Under the pieces are notes generated by a model that was not told where the DNA came from, did no database searches, and saw only the letters and a list, made by a program, of their open reading frames with translations. The translations under genes and the position numbers were made by a program. Positions 1-13,720 of a stretch of 64,000 nt of DNA are shown piece after piece. This DNA is from Tricharina praecox (lineage: Eukaryota). The stretch spans positions 434,001 to 498,000 of the forward strand of contig NW_026250406.1 of assembly GCF_024521635.1 (NCBI RefSeq), in the 5' to 3' direction. How positions within the stretch are numbered: the stretch's first letter is position 1; the number at the start of each line of letters is the position of its first letter.

Positions 1-3000
1 CTCTGACGATCACTGCCCTTCACTTCAAAATTCAAGCTTCTCCCTCTCCACAGTTCACGGTTCACAGTTCAGCCCCGATTGGTTATCTAGGTTAGGCTGT
101 GGTCACTGGTGTGTAGCCAATAATAGCATCGACTATTATCTAACCGGTTATGGCCCTAGATCGTTGAAAGTTAGCCCGCGCCCGCGCCCGGGATCGCGGA
201 GCCTGGCCGCTGGAGCTTGGACTGACGCATGTTTACAGTTTACAGATTACTGATTACTCTGGCAGCTGGACGTGAAGACTGGAGGATGGGGGAGCACTGA
301 CTTGGGATGTTGGAAGTTGTCGATGCGCAGAGTTCGTTTCACTGCCGTGGTGATGGTGAGGAGGGGTGCGAAGATAGTCGTATGATCGGGATTCGGGACT
401 CGGCCGACGGCGCGGCAGGTGCATATATACGAGATGTATATTTATCCACAAGGACCGTTGCATCGTCGTTGCATCTGAAATCGTCGACTTGGAACTTAGA
501 AGTTAGAAGTTACGACTGCACTCTGCCAACTTCCAAGTGCGTGGTGACACCGTGCAACGGCAGAGTGAGAGACCTTGAATCCAACTGCTGGCACTGCAGT
601 CTGCGTGCCCGACTCCCCGTCTCCTCGCCAAAGTTCAAACCACCAAACCACCAATGTTTGTTTCGAAGAATCGATATATGATATCTCACATCACGGATGC
701 GAGCCAAGTCGATAGGTACATAAGGTACCTCGATCCCACCACGCGCGATAGGGCTGATACCTGGGGTACCATCATTTGAGTGTGCACTGTGCGCTGATCC
801 TGATATCGAGCAGATTGTGCTTCTGGCCTTCGGGCTTGGTTTCCACGGTCTAGAGTCCAGACTCCAGGCGCAGGTGAAAACAACAATGCCACGGTAGCGG
901 AGGCCTGCGGCTCGGGCTCGGCGCCATGGCACCGGAATCGGCAGCAAGTCCAAGTCCAGTGATGGATGGTGCATCTCCAGGTACCGAGCTGCACCCGACT
1001 CCACTCCACCCCGACTATCGGTACATAGTACTCGACGGTCGAAGAGCCAGGGCTGATGCACGTGCCCGCCCCGCCGTCCAGTATCTACAGCTGCACGAGA
1101 TAGAGTTGTGCACGAGGTAACTACCGACGACGGTAGCCAGCATCACCGGCATGACATCACAGACATCACGGTGTACTCTACGTGTGGAAGAGATTAAACT
1201 CGAGTCTTGGCTAACTTTAACATTAACTTTAAGATTAACTTTAACGGGCGACTGCGGAGCAGAGGCGAAAGACTCGTCACTCGGCGCTTCGGCCTTCAAA
1301 GTTTAGGCTTCGGTAGGCTGCGGCGTCCACTGCGCGGTATCGTAGCCGAGCACACCGGCCGTGCGTCCAGTGAACCGAACTACGGGGAATGATGAATCAG
1401 CTTTCAGGTCGTCGGGGAAAGGGAGTTCCCCTTGGTCCTTGATCCGGCGCTGGAGGATCTGGCGGATGGGACGAACTGTCTGCCGGCGGAGGGACGGATT
1501 CCGGCTCTGATGGCCTGCCGTCCATGCCCTGGCGGGCTGGGATATCTCTAGCATAGAGTTACTTCTCCAGCCCGACGCGATGACTTCAAAGTTCCAGCGT
1601 CTCCAATTTGCAGCATCCATGATCCAAGATCCATCGTCCAATCCTTTTTGGCGGCGGCAATCCGTCCGGTGAAGGGTTGCTCGCTTTTTTTGCTGACGAG
1701 ATGACATGTTAGTTATCGCTGATCTGCAATGTTACCGCATGGTTGAGCAGTTCCGTCTCCCGTGCCCCAACAGGCACAATTTCCGGCCCCATGATCCCGC
1801 ATGATCCCGCATGAACATGCCCAACCAGCATTACTCCGCAACGTCAAACGTTGAGGGGGAGGCGAGGGCGCACGAGGAGCGGATCCCTTGCACGAAGCAT
1901 CGGAGCATGAAGGTGTTTCGTTTCCAAATTCCAACGCTCGACATGCAAGTTTGTGGACCAGTCATCGCAGACGACGATCCACCAGGATTCGCGAACTCGG
2001 TACTAACTAGTGCCCAAGAGCACTCCACTCCCCAGACCGACGCAACATCCTTCGGATATCCCCGGTACCTGATCCCTCACCCCTCACCGGCCTCGATATT
2101 AACTAACCGCCGGCCACGCGGGTGGGGGCATACTCCACATAGCCACCATTCTGCAATGCATAGAATTCCTAGGTAGCCGGATATGCGGGAGTACACCTAG
2201 AGCCTGGAGTCCGAGACGGGCAGGTGCACCCTAGCTACAAACAGTCCCTACATATACATACATGCCCGCCGCGAGAGCACAAGTTGGTTGAAACATTTCA
2301 CCCGTGTGATTACGTGGAAAGGAAAGGAAAAGAGCGAAGGAAGGGACTCGGGAGCGAAGGGGAGTGAGGGAAAAGCTTGTTTTGTTGCACAGTGCATGCA
2401 TGCATGGCCCGCGGGGCGCTTATATATCCGTGCAGCGTACCGGAGCATGTATGTACCTAATGTACTCTACACGTACCGGGGATACGATATTTCTACCTTT
2501 CTACCTTTCTGCGCAGGGCATGGTGTTGGTCGTTGGACATTGGCCGTTGGAATGTGGGCTGAGGTCATGGAGTCATGGATAAGGATGAGGGGAAGAATGG
2601 GAAGTTGCGGCTTTGCCCTCGTCGACGGTCGTCCGACTACATACTCTACTCGCGAGCGCTCATCTAGAGCAGCGGCCGCCCCCGTTCCCCCATTGGACGC
2701 GCCCTTAGGGATGAGGAATCCGGGGGTCAACGGCCAGTCATCATCACACACTCGAACTGTGCATATCATATCGTCTCACCCGTTACACTTCACTCACTCG
2801 TCGGCAGACTCGGCTCCGCAGGCGCAGAAGGCAAGTTGCTCGCCTTAGTCTACTATACACAGGCTGGATACGAGATAAACTGACGCTGTGCGAGGTAGCA
2901 GCGCTGCAATGCACCGGCTACCAACATCCTCCACCGGCGCATATAGTATCACTCGCTGGTGAGTGACTTGACTTGTGATCCATAACTGTCTCGAGGAAAT

Positions 3001-5536
3001 AGACGCGTCTACGGTATTGAAATAAACTCGAGAGCTAGGAAAAAAGTGATATACGATCAAATAAGACAAGAGAAAACGAGAGAATAGACGGTGCGGCGGT
3101 GACGGTCGTGTACGGTGTCGCCACCCCCGACAGGATAGATAGCCGGACAGTGTGTAGAACGCGATAGTCTATCATAGAAGACAGGCTGCACTCGACCAAT
3201 TGACAAACCCAAAGTGAGTGCAGCCGTTGGAGGAGGATTCTTGGTGCGTTCCCTCCACTACCTCACCCGGGATGGCGAAGAGCGAAGTTCAAAGAGTAGA
3301 ATAGAGGTTGGGCGTACTTATACTATATTCCCCATGCTGACCGGCATCGATCAGCATCCCTGCCCCCGCAGGCCGCAGCGCTCCGTACCGAGGTGGGAGT
3401 TTTCTTGGCCCGTAATGTGTACATGTAGTCCATCCCACCGGGTCAGGCGGCGAGTTGTACCTCGGGATCCATCATCCGGATGCTGCTATGCTGCCATGAT
3501 GGCGCGGTGTCGAACACTGGGGGTAGTGGTTGTAGACGTCTCCGGGATGTCGCTACGGACATAACGAATCCAGATCTATGCCTATGCCGCGCTCAGATGT
3601 CGGATAGAGAAACAAGACAGCGTGAAACGCTGGGAGTGTGATCCCCGTGGGAAGTTGAGGGAGGGGCTGAACCTCCAGGGCCCAGATAGCTTTGGGTCGT
3701 CGAGAAATAACAGGTAGTATAAAACCGATCGTAGGGATGCCGGGATTGTCCCGAGGTCGGCTCTGTTTCGGATGTCGATGGGTATGCTGGGTACACTGTT
3801 CGGTAGTCTTGGCTCAGGCCCGCCGGGAAAGGGATGCACGTTTCGGCCTTGGTTGCGGAATAGCCGTTGGGTGACTGGTGGTGATACTAGAATATCAGTT
3901 GGCGCGCTCACCGTGTCCAAAGGCGAGATATTGGATCTTCGCTGTGGCTGCGATCTGCGGTGCGGTTGGTCATGACTCATGAGACTTGAAAGGCAAGTTG
4001 GCATCCCTCTGTGAATGGATCTGCGATAGTGAGTGTTAACGAAGTTCCTTATCAGTACTATAATTTCATCGCAGAGAACAGAGTGCGGAGCCCTGATCGC
4101 AGGACGGGCGAGTACGAATAGTAGTCTCGACAAGGGCAAACAAAGGATATTGAGCCGGTGTAGCTAGTTGTGGATCAGGCTCTAGAGCTACTGTGAGCCC
4201 TTTCTCGTTGCTGGGCAATCAACCTGCAACCATCTGAGGCTGGAACACCATGTGATTGGAAAACAGCACCGTCCGCTGCAGCGTGGCCAGCTAGCAAACG
4301 ATAGCTGGAATGCTTCAACACGAAATCACGAGAGCTCAGCCCTCGCACAGTCGACGGGTCGTCTCAAAATTCCCGTTCAGCAGGCACTCGATTTCCGCAA
4401 CCTTCGACGATCGCCGGAGTCTGGATAAAGCCATGTACACGGCGTTCGCTTCCTGGCCGGTGAGGATCCTGGGATTCCTGGCCACCAGAGGTACGATCGT
4501 GGAAACGCAGGGTGCATGGTGTCCCTATCTATCTGGAACACTCGAGAATCCCCACTCTCGAGGTCACTCGGCAACCTGTTGGAACTGAATTTTGTAGTCG
4601 TCCGAGAAATACACACGTGTAAGCTTGCTGAAAAGATGTGATTCGAGTGTTCGATGCACTGATGGCTCAGGCTGGACTCCGAGAGAGTCGTCATGAAGTC
4701 ATAGAACTTGCAGGAGAAAAAATGTTCGTCCTGCGACTGGCTTCACCGTTGGGATCACGGAGAAATCGATGGAGCTGGGGTACATGGTTCATGTAAAGTG
4801 GTTCGTAGATCCTCCGCCGCGGCAAGTGAAGCTGGTCCGCGCGAGGATCGTTTTGAGTTGCTGCAGGTACTTTACGGCAGCAAAACACAGAGATAACTTT
4901 CATTATGAAGAAACACCGTGATACATTTCGATATAGCATCTAGGTCGAGTGAGACATTTGCCTACACGCTTCCAGAATTCCCAAACAGCGGGGTCTACTG
5001 GCGCCTTTTGTACTGCAGCTCTTATTTGCTTTCGGCGGGAAACAACCAGCTAATTTCGTGGTTAGGATGCTTATCGACAGAACCCCCAGCCTTTGAGACC
5101 GATCTCGGTCTCATTCCCGAATATCGTGTTGTAGGATCCACCGGTTACTTGTGGGAATCTGTGACGGCCGCCCTCGAATCAGTTCCACTCCAAGGTACCC
5201 CCGGGTTACCGAAAGCAATCAACGCCGAGTTAATTGCCCTCCTCTATCAGCGTATCCGAGTGATGATATCGAAATACAGCATTATTCTCCGCCTCGGTGT
5301 TCGACGCCGAATTGGGGCAACTAACTGAATCGTACGTGCGACGGGACCCAGCCGAGGAATCATGGGCCGATCATGTTTAGTGAGAATTTTGATTATAGTC
5401 ACACTCTTCAGCGGTTTATATAGGAGCTGGCATTTGCTGATGGAAGAAGCACACACCTTCACCGCTCATCCAGCATTTCCATTCGTTCCTAGGCCGGCCT
5501 ACACTTTCTTTACAGCACTCGCACATCCCATCAACC

Positions 5537-6988
5537 ATGAAGTTTAACCTCCTTTGTTTTCTCCCCTTCGCAATCCAGTTGGCGCAGGTCGTCGCGATTC
5601 CTCAAGCGCATAATCACAAAGAAGATTGTAAAGAGACTTCGGAAGTCTCACTACCAGATGTCGTCACCGTTCCCACGAACGGCTCAACCAACTCAACCAA
5701 CGGCCTGCCACCGGGGTTCATCCTAGAAGAGCCTCTGGATCTCTTGAAGCCAGCGAAGACACCTGGTGCCAAGCTGGTTCGTACCACTCCCCCATATCTT
5801 TGGCGCAAAAGCTGATCCCCATCCCCTCACAGATCAAAATCCGCTACGGCCCTTACTCGATCGCCGCGGGCAAGTCCATTTCCACTATGGCCAGCAACGT
5901 CAAGAAGCCCTGCACCAACTGCTACATCACCGCTGCACAGGCAGGCCTCGAGTACGTGAACGGCACGATAGCGAACGTAGACACAGGCGCATGGCTGCAC
6001 CACATGGTGCTGTACACTCGCGGCGGCGTCAACGCCGACCTGGTGTGCCCGAGCAGCCTGCTTTACCGCACCCGCAGGAGAATCTTTGCTACTGGAAACG
6101 AGCGCGTGGTCACTAGGATCAATCATTACGGCGATTACGGAATCAAGGTCGAACCGACCGATCAGTACGGCATGATCATCGAGCTCATGAATGAGGGGAC
6201 TGTCGAGAAGTCGGTGTACATCACTATGATATATGAGTACGTCGAGTTGGCGAACGCGGAAAAGTATGTCGGTATCGACGTGGCGTGGCTCGATGCTACG
6301 GGGTGCGGTGCTAGCTCAGGTGAGTGCCTTCCTGTGAAGTTGCATGTGAGGCCGTGTGACTTATCGTTGTGCTCTAGTTCCCGCAAAGGAGGGCGTATAC
6401 GCGATCAGCTCACCGGGCTGGAACTCCACCATTGCCGGCAAGATGATCTTTGCCGCTGGGCACGTGCACGACGGTGGAGTGAAGTACGTCCCCCTTGAGT
6501 GCTCCTGACGGGGAGTCCGAGTCGCATAGTACTAATACACCCCCACAGCACCACCGTCTTCCTCAACGGTGAAGTAGTCTGCGTTTCCGAAATGCTCTAC
6601 GGACGCACGCCGGGCTTCGTCGCTCCCGGCATGCAACATGATGGCCACCGCGCACCCGGCTTCCAACACATCTCCGATGCCGGCGCATGCAAGAACTTCG
6701 GAGAGGTCAAGGTTGGCGATAACTTGGTTGCTGTGTCCTACTACGACACGAATAAATACCGTGAGTCTATCCGGATATCCCACCTCTAGTGGCTCGGACG
6801 GGAAAAAACTAATGAGATAACAGCGTCCATGCAACATGACGGAGAGGCACATCCTGTTATGGTGAGAACCCAGTGAATGGAGAGGTGTGCTGGTGGTGTG
6901 GTATGATACACGTGCTAACGATACGTAGGGAATCGCGCTCATTGCCATTGCGCCATTACAATTTGGGAAAACCGCCCGCATGTATTAA
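5537..6988 (+). CDS. Secreted protein with PHM/PNGase-F-like copper monooxygenase-type motifs (SURNod19-like); join(5537..5776,5833..6319,6378..6483,6549..6760,6824..6861,6929..6988), ~380 aa
   Basis: Signal peptide MKFNLLCFLPFAIQLAQVVA. Five GT..AG introns with branch points, all phase-consistent (total CDS 1143 nt). Motifs PCTNCYIT, WLHHMV, GNER, GHVHDGG, HISDAGAC and C-terminal HPVMGI. Confidence 0.8.
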
Positions 6989-8450
6989 TGATGGGGGTTG
7001 TTCGTGGTGAGATAGTGTGTGCCTTACTCTGAGGAATGGTAACCAAAATACAATAGCTGGGGGACATTTTGACTGCGGGTGATGATTCGTGACTGGGGCT
7101 GTGTTTTCTTTTTCATATCATCTTGTATGTACCTATTCTACCGTTCTTGATTATGAAATAGTCTGCAGATCCTCCTATGTACCTATATCGCGCACCAAAG
7201 AAGCAGCGAGCGTGATTCGAAAACGGTTACTAGTAACTCCATCGCGTCCGATCTCCATCTTGTCCACAAATCTAGGATATCTAGAATTCGACTCCACGTT
7301 TCTTCGTCCTTCTCCTAACTTCCGCCTAAGGAGTGCCGGCTCCGTCTTTTTCGAGGTATGTCCCAGTCAGCCTGAAGTCTCCGCGCTCCGACCAAACACT
7401 GCTTATTGCTCCGCTGGCGGATTGTCCTTAGGTACATACGTCGTTTCTTAAGTTATAGCCTACTAGTACCGAGACGCTCATGCACGGCTGTCCCTCCGCC
7501 GCTTTCAGCCTTATGGACTCCACCCGGTTCTGACGTGGCAGATACGATCCTCCACATGAGCGCAGCCTGGCGAGCAACTGGGGGCCTGTCCAGATTACTA
7601 GTGGGGCGAAACCTGGTGAGTGGGGGCTATAGCCTATGATGTACGAGTGATTCTACGTGGCACCAGGAGTCAGTTACGTGTTCGTCTGAACCGGTGACCT
7701 CGTCCTTCTGGTTGTATTGTCGTATTCGGCTTTCTGATGTTATGTGGCGGGGTCTAGACACCCGGTCTGCGTCATGGCTGGAGCCTCGCGGAGATACACA
7801 TACCTGTCTACTCGGAGGCATCGCCGTGGCAGTACCTAGCCTTGTGCTTTGCGCGCGCGCAGTGCCGCGCTCTCGGCGCATTCCGGTCCCTGCAGTCGAA
7901 AGTCCGCCTTAATACTCTACAAGCCGGCCGACTCCGAATCTTGCGGGGTGTGGGGGAGGGTGATCGAGGCCCGGCCGGCGAGGCTGGCGCTTGTATATAG
8001 AGTAGGTATACGGGCGGTACACCGATGGTGGTACAGACCGCGTGATATGATGAAAAAAAAGGAGCTGGTGCTGTGAGCACATGCTAAAGTGTTGCCGACT
8101 ACTCTGGCTCGGCGTCAGATCCCAGGCATTGTGCGCAATGCGAATTCCTACGGAAGCGTTGCCGATTTGAAAGGAAATCCCGCTGCAGTCGCGCACATAT
8201 TGCACTACAGACCTGAGGCGTCGGCCTTGTCGGCGAGGAATCGGCATGGTTTTGTTGGCAGTGCGTGCGTTTGTCGTTTCGCTTGCCCAGTTGACTTGTC
8301 GACCACTCCTTCCGGCTGCGTCTCGCCAGTACAAGTACATATCCACCGATACCTCGCGGAAAACGACTCCTCGAAGATCGTCTGCACGAACCTTTCCGCC
8401 AACTTCGTTTCACATCCGTCCATCGGCTGCTGTGTATACTCTGGGGAGCC

Positions 8451-10103
8451 ATGGCGCCGGCCGAAACGCATGACGACGTAAGGGAACCCCGTATGAAACA
8501 TTTCTGGAAACGATAACTGATCGTCAAAGTGGACGTTTGTGAACTCGATAGAACCACGGCTCCTGCGCTCGCAGTTTCAGCGAGAAGCCCAGGAAGAAAT
8601 CCGAACGACCAATGGCACCGTGGCGATATATCACCCAGACAAGGTCCGCAAGTTCCTGTCGGAGTGCAAGATCTCCTCAATATGTGAGACGATGGGCCTG
8701 TCTTTGTGTGACGACAGTACCGATTCCAGGGCGATACGAAAGAGCTTCCTGAAGACGACTCCGGCGAAGATACATAAACGCTTCTGCCTCATCCTGGGCA
8801 TCCTGATCGAAACCAAATGGACCGATGTGCTGCCGTGCTTCGTGCATGATAGACTGAACGACCAAGCCCTCGAAGGAGACTCGTTCCAGCGGGAAAGGTT
8901 CCGGCAGTTCCACGAGCGGCACGGCCTACCGCCGGACTTCTCCACCGACTTTTGGCGGGCGAAGAAGTCCTTCTTCTTGCCTAAGATTCGGTCTGGTGAG
9001 CATCATGTCATCCGGAAGGACGATCTGCTGCCGGTTTCCTTCCTCGCTAAGCCACTCGGAAGGGGGTCCCACGGCGTCGTCTACGCCGGCAACCTGATCC
9101 CGGGCCTTCACTGGAGTGACGAAACCCAGACGCCCGTCGCGGCGAAGAAATTCAATACCTCCAACGATCGGAACATAGAATACGACAAGATCCAGAAATT
9201 CGCCGCCCATCCGTTCGTCTTGCCAGCTCTATGCACCATCGACCATGGATCCTCCTACTACATTCTTTTCCCACGATGCAAGACTTCGCTGCGAGATCTG
9301 TTCAAGGTCAACGAATGCACCAATTCACCCGCCGAGATGTTGCAGCACTACGTGGGACTGCTAGGTGCGCTGGCTTTCTTGCACAGAGACCAACGCGAGG
9401 TGTGGAATTATCATTTCGACATCAAGACCTCCAACATCCTAGTGAAATACAACGGCGTGTTCGTCCTGATCGACTTTGGAACCGCATATTCCAAGACCAA
9501 GCTCGGATCGCAAGACTCGGGCACCGAGGCAGGGAAACACAGCTACAGTGCCGAGTACAAGGCACCCGAGAGCGGCAAGATCGGCAGGAAGTTTGACGTG
9601 TGGGCCATCGGATGTATCGGCATCGAGCTTCTCGTCTGGATCAAGGAGGGTGCGCGGGGGGTTCGCAGCTTCCAAAAGAGCCGGCAGAAAGACATCCCCA
9701 GAAGCGAAATGGATCGCACCCCGTACTACTACGTTGGTAATAGTCTGGCGCCCTCGGTTCATAAAAAGTTACGCATCTTGAGTGCAGATTTCCCCGGAGA
9801 GGTCGATATATTGCGAAGGATGCTCAAGATCGACCCGAGCAACCGTATCACCGCCGAGACGGCACATAAGCGCTTCGAGGATTGTGAGACCGTGAGTTCC
9901 CCCACCTCGAGGCCTTTTCGTGTTGAACGCGGCTGATCTGGATACGTTTGTAGGAGGTCAAGACATCCTTGCAGCTCAGTTGGCTGCCCATTGAATTCCT
10001 GGAGTCCGACGAGGAGGAGCCTGAGCCGAAGAAGACCCCTAGGGACTGCTATGAAAGCATCGTCTCCCCGATGGAACCCGAATCGTCGATCACAGTCCCG
10101 TAG
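8451..10103 (+). CDS. Ser/Thr protein kinase (fungal lineage-expanded type with N-terminal helical domain); join(8451..8477,8530..9891,9954..10103), ~512 aa
   Basis: Kinase motifs GRGSHGVV, VAAKKF, HFDIKTSN, DFG, YKAPE, DVWAIGCI. Start in gccATGG context at 8451. Phase-0 introns GTAAGG..AAG and GTGAGT..TAG. Confidence 0.88.
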
Positions 10104-10882
10104 CATGTCATCAGCGTTGCGATTTCAATTTAACGGTTCGTCTGTTCAACTTATGAACCTCAGCAACTCCAGTGGAAGGAATACGGGGAAGAAGCGCGAA
10201 GCAATACGAGTGCAGTACAGTGATGCTTAGGCTTAGGAAATTTGTTACGAACGCGGTTCGTGTCTTTCTCTTGTTATTTTCCTTTGCTTGCGTTCTGCCG
10301 GGCATCTAGGGGTACATACTACATAGGTGCATACAATCAAGCTTCATCGCCATACCTACTCACCATTATCATTGAGGGGGTTCCGGAACGAAACCTAATG
10401 GGCCTACCAAGCGGGTGATACCTACCTATGATATCAGCTCCTCACGTAGCTACATACTCTCGTAGACACACCAATCCGGCCAGCCGGGACTTTTCTCCGA
10501 GCACGACCGACTCTTCGCCCAAACCAGTTCTAAACATTGTCCATTGGTCGCCTTCGATGTGAGGTGTCACATCAGCGTGCACACCACCGCTGCATACCTA
10601 CCTATGCGATGCCGCAAGGCTCGTGCACTGGTCAAGGGACACTCAGTGGCATAACAGTTTCAACTTTCACGGCTTACCGAAAGCAACCGCCGGCTGCTGT
10701 GCATGCATGGCATATCAATCAACGGATATCAATTTATCACATCCGCCCCACATTCAGCTTGGCACATACTAGTTATATCCCCTGGTCTGATACCGGCCCG
10801 CCGTCGCTACCACCGCCGCACCGCCTACAGTGCCATCTGCGCGTTCACGCTCTTCATCCCGAGTTCGAACTTCGAACAATGG

Positions 10883-11239
10883 TCACTTCTCCATCCCGTC
10901 CGCGCACTTGTCTTGCATGGCTATGATATCGGCCTGTTCCGTCCCTCGCACAAGATCTATCAGTGCCTACCCTTCTTTGTGCATTGATCAAGATTAAACT
11001 AACCTCAGAAATCTTCTCGGGGACGTTCACAATCCATTCGGAGTTGACGGTCTGATCGAAGGGAATCTATCAGCTTTGCACTGGCGGGGGGATGGATGAC
11101 TCATGAGAGGCAGGGGGAGGGACAGTGGGCAAACCTCGATTGTTATCCCCTCAATACCGGACCAGTGTTCGTTGATGTAGTCCTGGAGGATCCCCTTGGT
11201 GATGTAGCGGCCTGAGATGCACTGTCTTTTCATCTTCAT
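10883..11239 (-). CDS. 67-aa three-exon microprotein; complement(join(10883..10933,11004..11051,11135..11239))
   Basis: Two phase-0 introns (GTTTGC..CTGAT..CAG; GTTAGT..CTGAT..CAG) splice to MKMKRQCISGRYITKGILQDYINEHWSGIEGITIETVNSEWIVNVPEKISEADIIAMQDKCADGMEK*. Confidence 0.7.
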
Positions 11240-13130
11240 CGTTAAGGTGGTGTCGTGGTATCGGGATTTCGGAAGAGGTGGCTGGTGTTGATTGAGGTCT
11301 GTGGTAATGCGATATCGGGAGGATGTAATGGATTACAAGTCATTTAACATCATCGCCAGAACAAGGCTGAGGACTCAATCTCCCTCCTCCTGGGTGTGGA
11401 CTGCAAACGGGAGATGCGCACGCGCAGCCCAACATAGGTAGGTACTATCGACGGCTGTGGATCGCCAGACGAATTATCTTCGCTCCATAAACACTAGAGT
11501 AGGTAGGTGGAAGATCAATGATGGCGAACCATCAAAGTTGATTGGAAAGCCTTATTCTACCTCGTGTCCACGAATACCAAGGCTCACAGCGTACGGTGAA
11601 GTGGGATGCGAAGCTTGACTGCTGCCCGAGCTGTTAACGACATCTTGTGTCGCAACTGATAAAAATCCCTGCGCCTGAGCGTGTTCTGGACGTGTTCAAT
11701 GTTCATGTACGATGATATAACGTCAAAGTCGTGCATGGCCAGCGCACACGAAAGGCATCCAATAGCCGTGGGCCGTAGCCGGGATGTGAAAATGCGGTGA
11801 ACGGTGAGACAGGTGACGGTGCCGCCGGGTCGCAAACATCGGCGGGACTGTGCAGTAGGCGGGGCCGATTTGCGGCCTTCCGGCTGGAGGCTGAAGCCTC
11901 GCAATTGCCTCCGAGGCTACCGTCGCGAACCATCCGGATTCCCAGGAGCCTGGAAAAGAGATAACAGCCAACTCCGGACCCGATTGGCGCTTCTTAATTC
12001 TGATTCTTCAAGATCGTGCTATTCGCTCCGACTGCATGCCTGATTGGATTGGTCGTGTCCGGATCATACATACGCTTCAGCTCTTTGGCCTGCCTCCCAA
12101 CCCGCACATGACGGAAAGTTGAACCACCGCTCGCCAGCAGAACTAACTATCGTCGGTTGTTTATCCACTACCCATCTGTGAACTGTAAGTGATGGATGTT
12201 GGTCGGTAGGCGAATCGCGGATTACCGGCACTCTACCTTGAACCATTCATCATTAGAGTTCTCGGTGACAATGGTTTAGCCCAAGTTCTCTGGCATCGGG
12301 CCGGTACTTCCATCGGAAGGTTAGTCTCGCTCGTGGAAATTGGGAAAGGTTCATGGTGAGTGCTCAGTGCTCACCTGATCAGAGGCCCGGTCTCAAGCGT
12401 CTCCGGACAATCACCAAGAGTAAGGCCGAGTTCGGAGTCGACCGTCGACGTCAAGCAGGTGTATCCCAGAATTCAACCAGCCATCTGCGGGTCAGTCAGC
12501 CGAGTAACTCGACACCGATAGCTATATGCTATCCCACTGCGACGTCAAACCTTCTCCCAAGTCCCGATCTTGCCGTGCTGCATGCCAGGTGCAACATGCA
12601 TGCGGCATGCCACCACCTGCCTGTCGAAGAACCAGACTCAACGCGACGAGGCCTCCCTAGTCCCTACCTCTTCCTGGATGCTGGAGTCAGGACGGCAGCG
12701 AGTTCGTAGCATCCCTCCACAGGGTTTGCCTGGCGCCAGATGTTGTCATGCTGACTTTGGCTCAGCAGTAATCGTGCGGAAATTGGATTGGCTTTGAGAT
12801 TCGAATTGGGTCGGAAACAGTGAGGGGTTGAAAAGAAGATGGGATGGGCGGATGGGTGGATGGGTGGATGGGTGGATGGGTGGATGGGACGACATCGTAC
12901 ATCTGGACCAATAGTAGCGCTGTGTTACAGTGGTGGAGAGGTGGGAAAGTTAACGCAAGACTGTTTCCGTTAATGCGTTGGGAACCTGGGGTCGCTAGAT
13001 CTTACTCGTTCTACCTATTCGAAATCCCGCAGCGCTACAAGTATCGTACAGCCCGAAACCTGGCCAGAGTCCTGACCCGATCCCCGTAATGGCCCCCAAG
13101 TGCTTGGCCTCACGGTTCTACGAAGTCGAG

Positions 13131-13522
13131 GAGGAGGAGTCGGAGGGCCCTGAAGCTGAGGAGCCAAGTGATGTAGAATAGCGGAACAGAGACTTGCGGT
13201 GGAGGTGGGACGACTCGAGGGCGCGGGGGCGCGGGCGGGGGCGAGTGCGAGGCGCGAGTACGGGAGGCGCGGGTGTGGGGCGAGCGGTGTAGACGGACGT
13301 GGCGAGAGGGAACGATTGTTGCCCCTTCCTAGCTCTGTCTCTGCTTGGTGAGCTCACGTACTGTCGGGAAAGGCCAGGGCGGAGGGCAGGGGAAGTCACA
13401 TCGGGCCGCCTAATGAAAGTTGGGTTGGACAGTGGCGTGGAAACGGGGGGGGGGTGCACGGGTAGATGATATTACCATGAACTAGATAGGTCGCATGCAA
13501 TCAATGAATGAACAAAAATAAC
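13131..13522 (+). mobile_element. 3' fragment (ORF2 end, 3'UTR, A-rich tail) of a Tad1-like LINE
   Basis: Aligns by eye with the copy at 35246-35809 (gatgtagaatag...aaggccagggcggagggca...catcgggccgc...ttggacagtggcgtggaaacgggg...tagataggtcgcatgcaatcaatga...aacaaaaa). Confidence 0.75.
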
Positions 13523-13720
13523 AACGCCACAACGCCACACATCACCACAGAGTAGCCGATGGGTTCGCGAGTAGGAAGCAGCCGAGCGCCACGACCGCAC
13601 ATTCGCAGTGACCAGTTTTTGTGATTCGTGAATGACCAGCCAGACCACCGCCATTGGCCAAAAACCAGAAAACAAATCTTTCACAGGATATAATTATACA
13701 GAGAAGTACCTACATCAAAG

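Noticed and set aside
1..5400. Many short ORFs (e.g. 1303..1707, 3582..4139, 4918..5328)
   Set aside because: No recognisable motifs and no consistent splice model; may hold decayed gene relics, but I cannot support a call.
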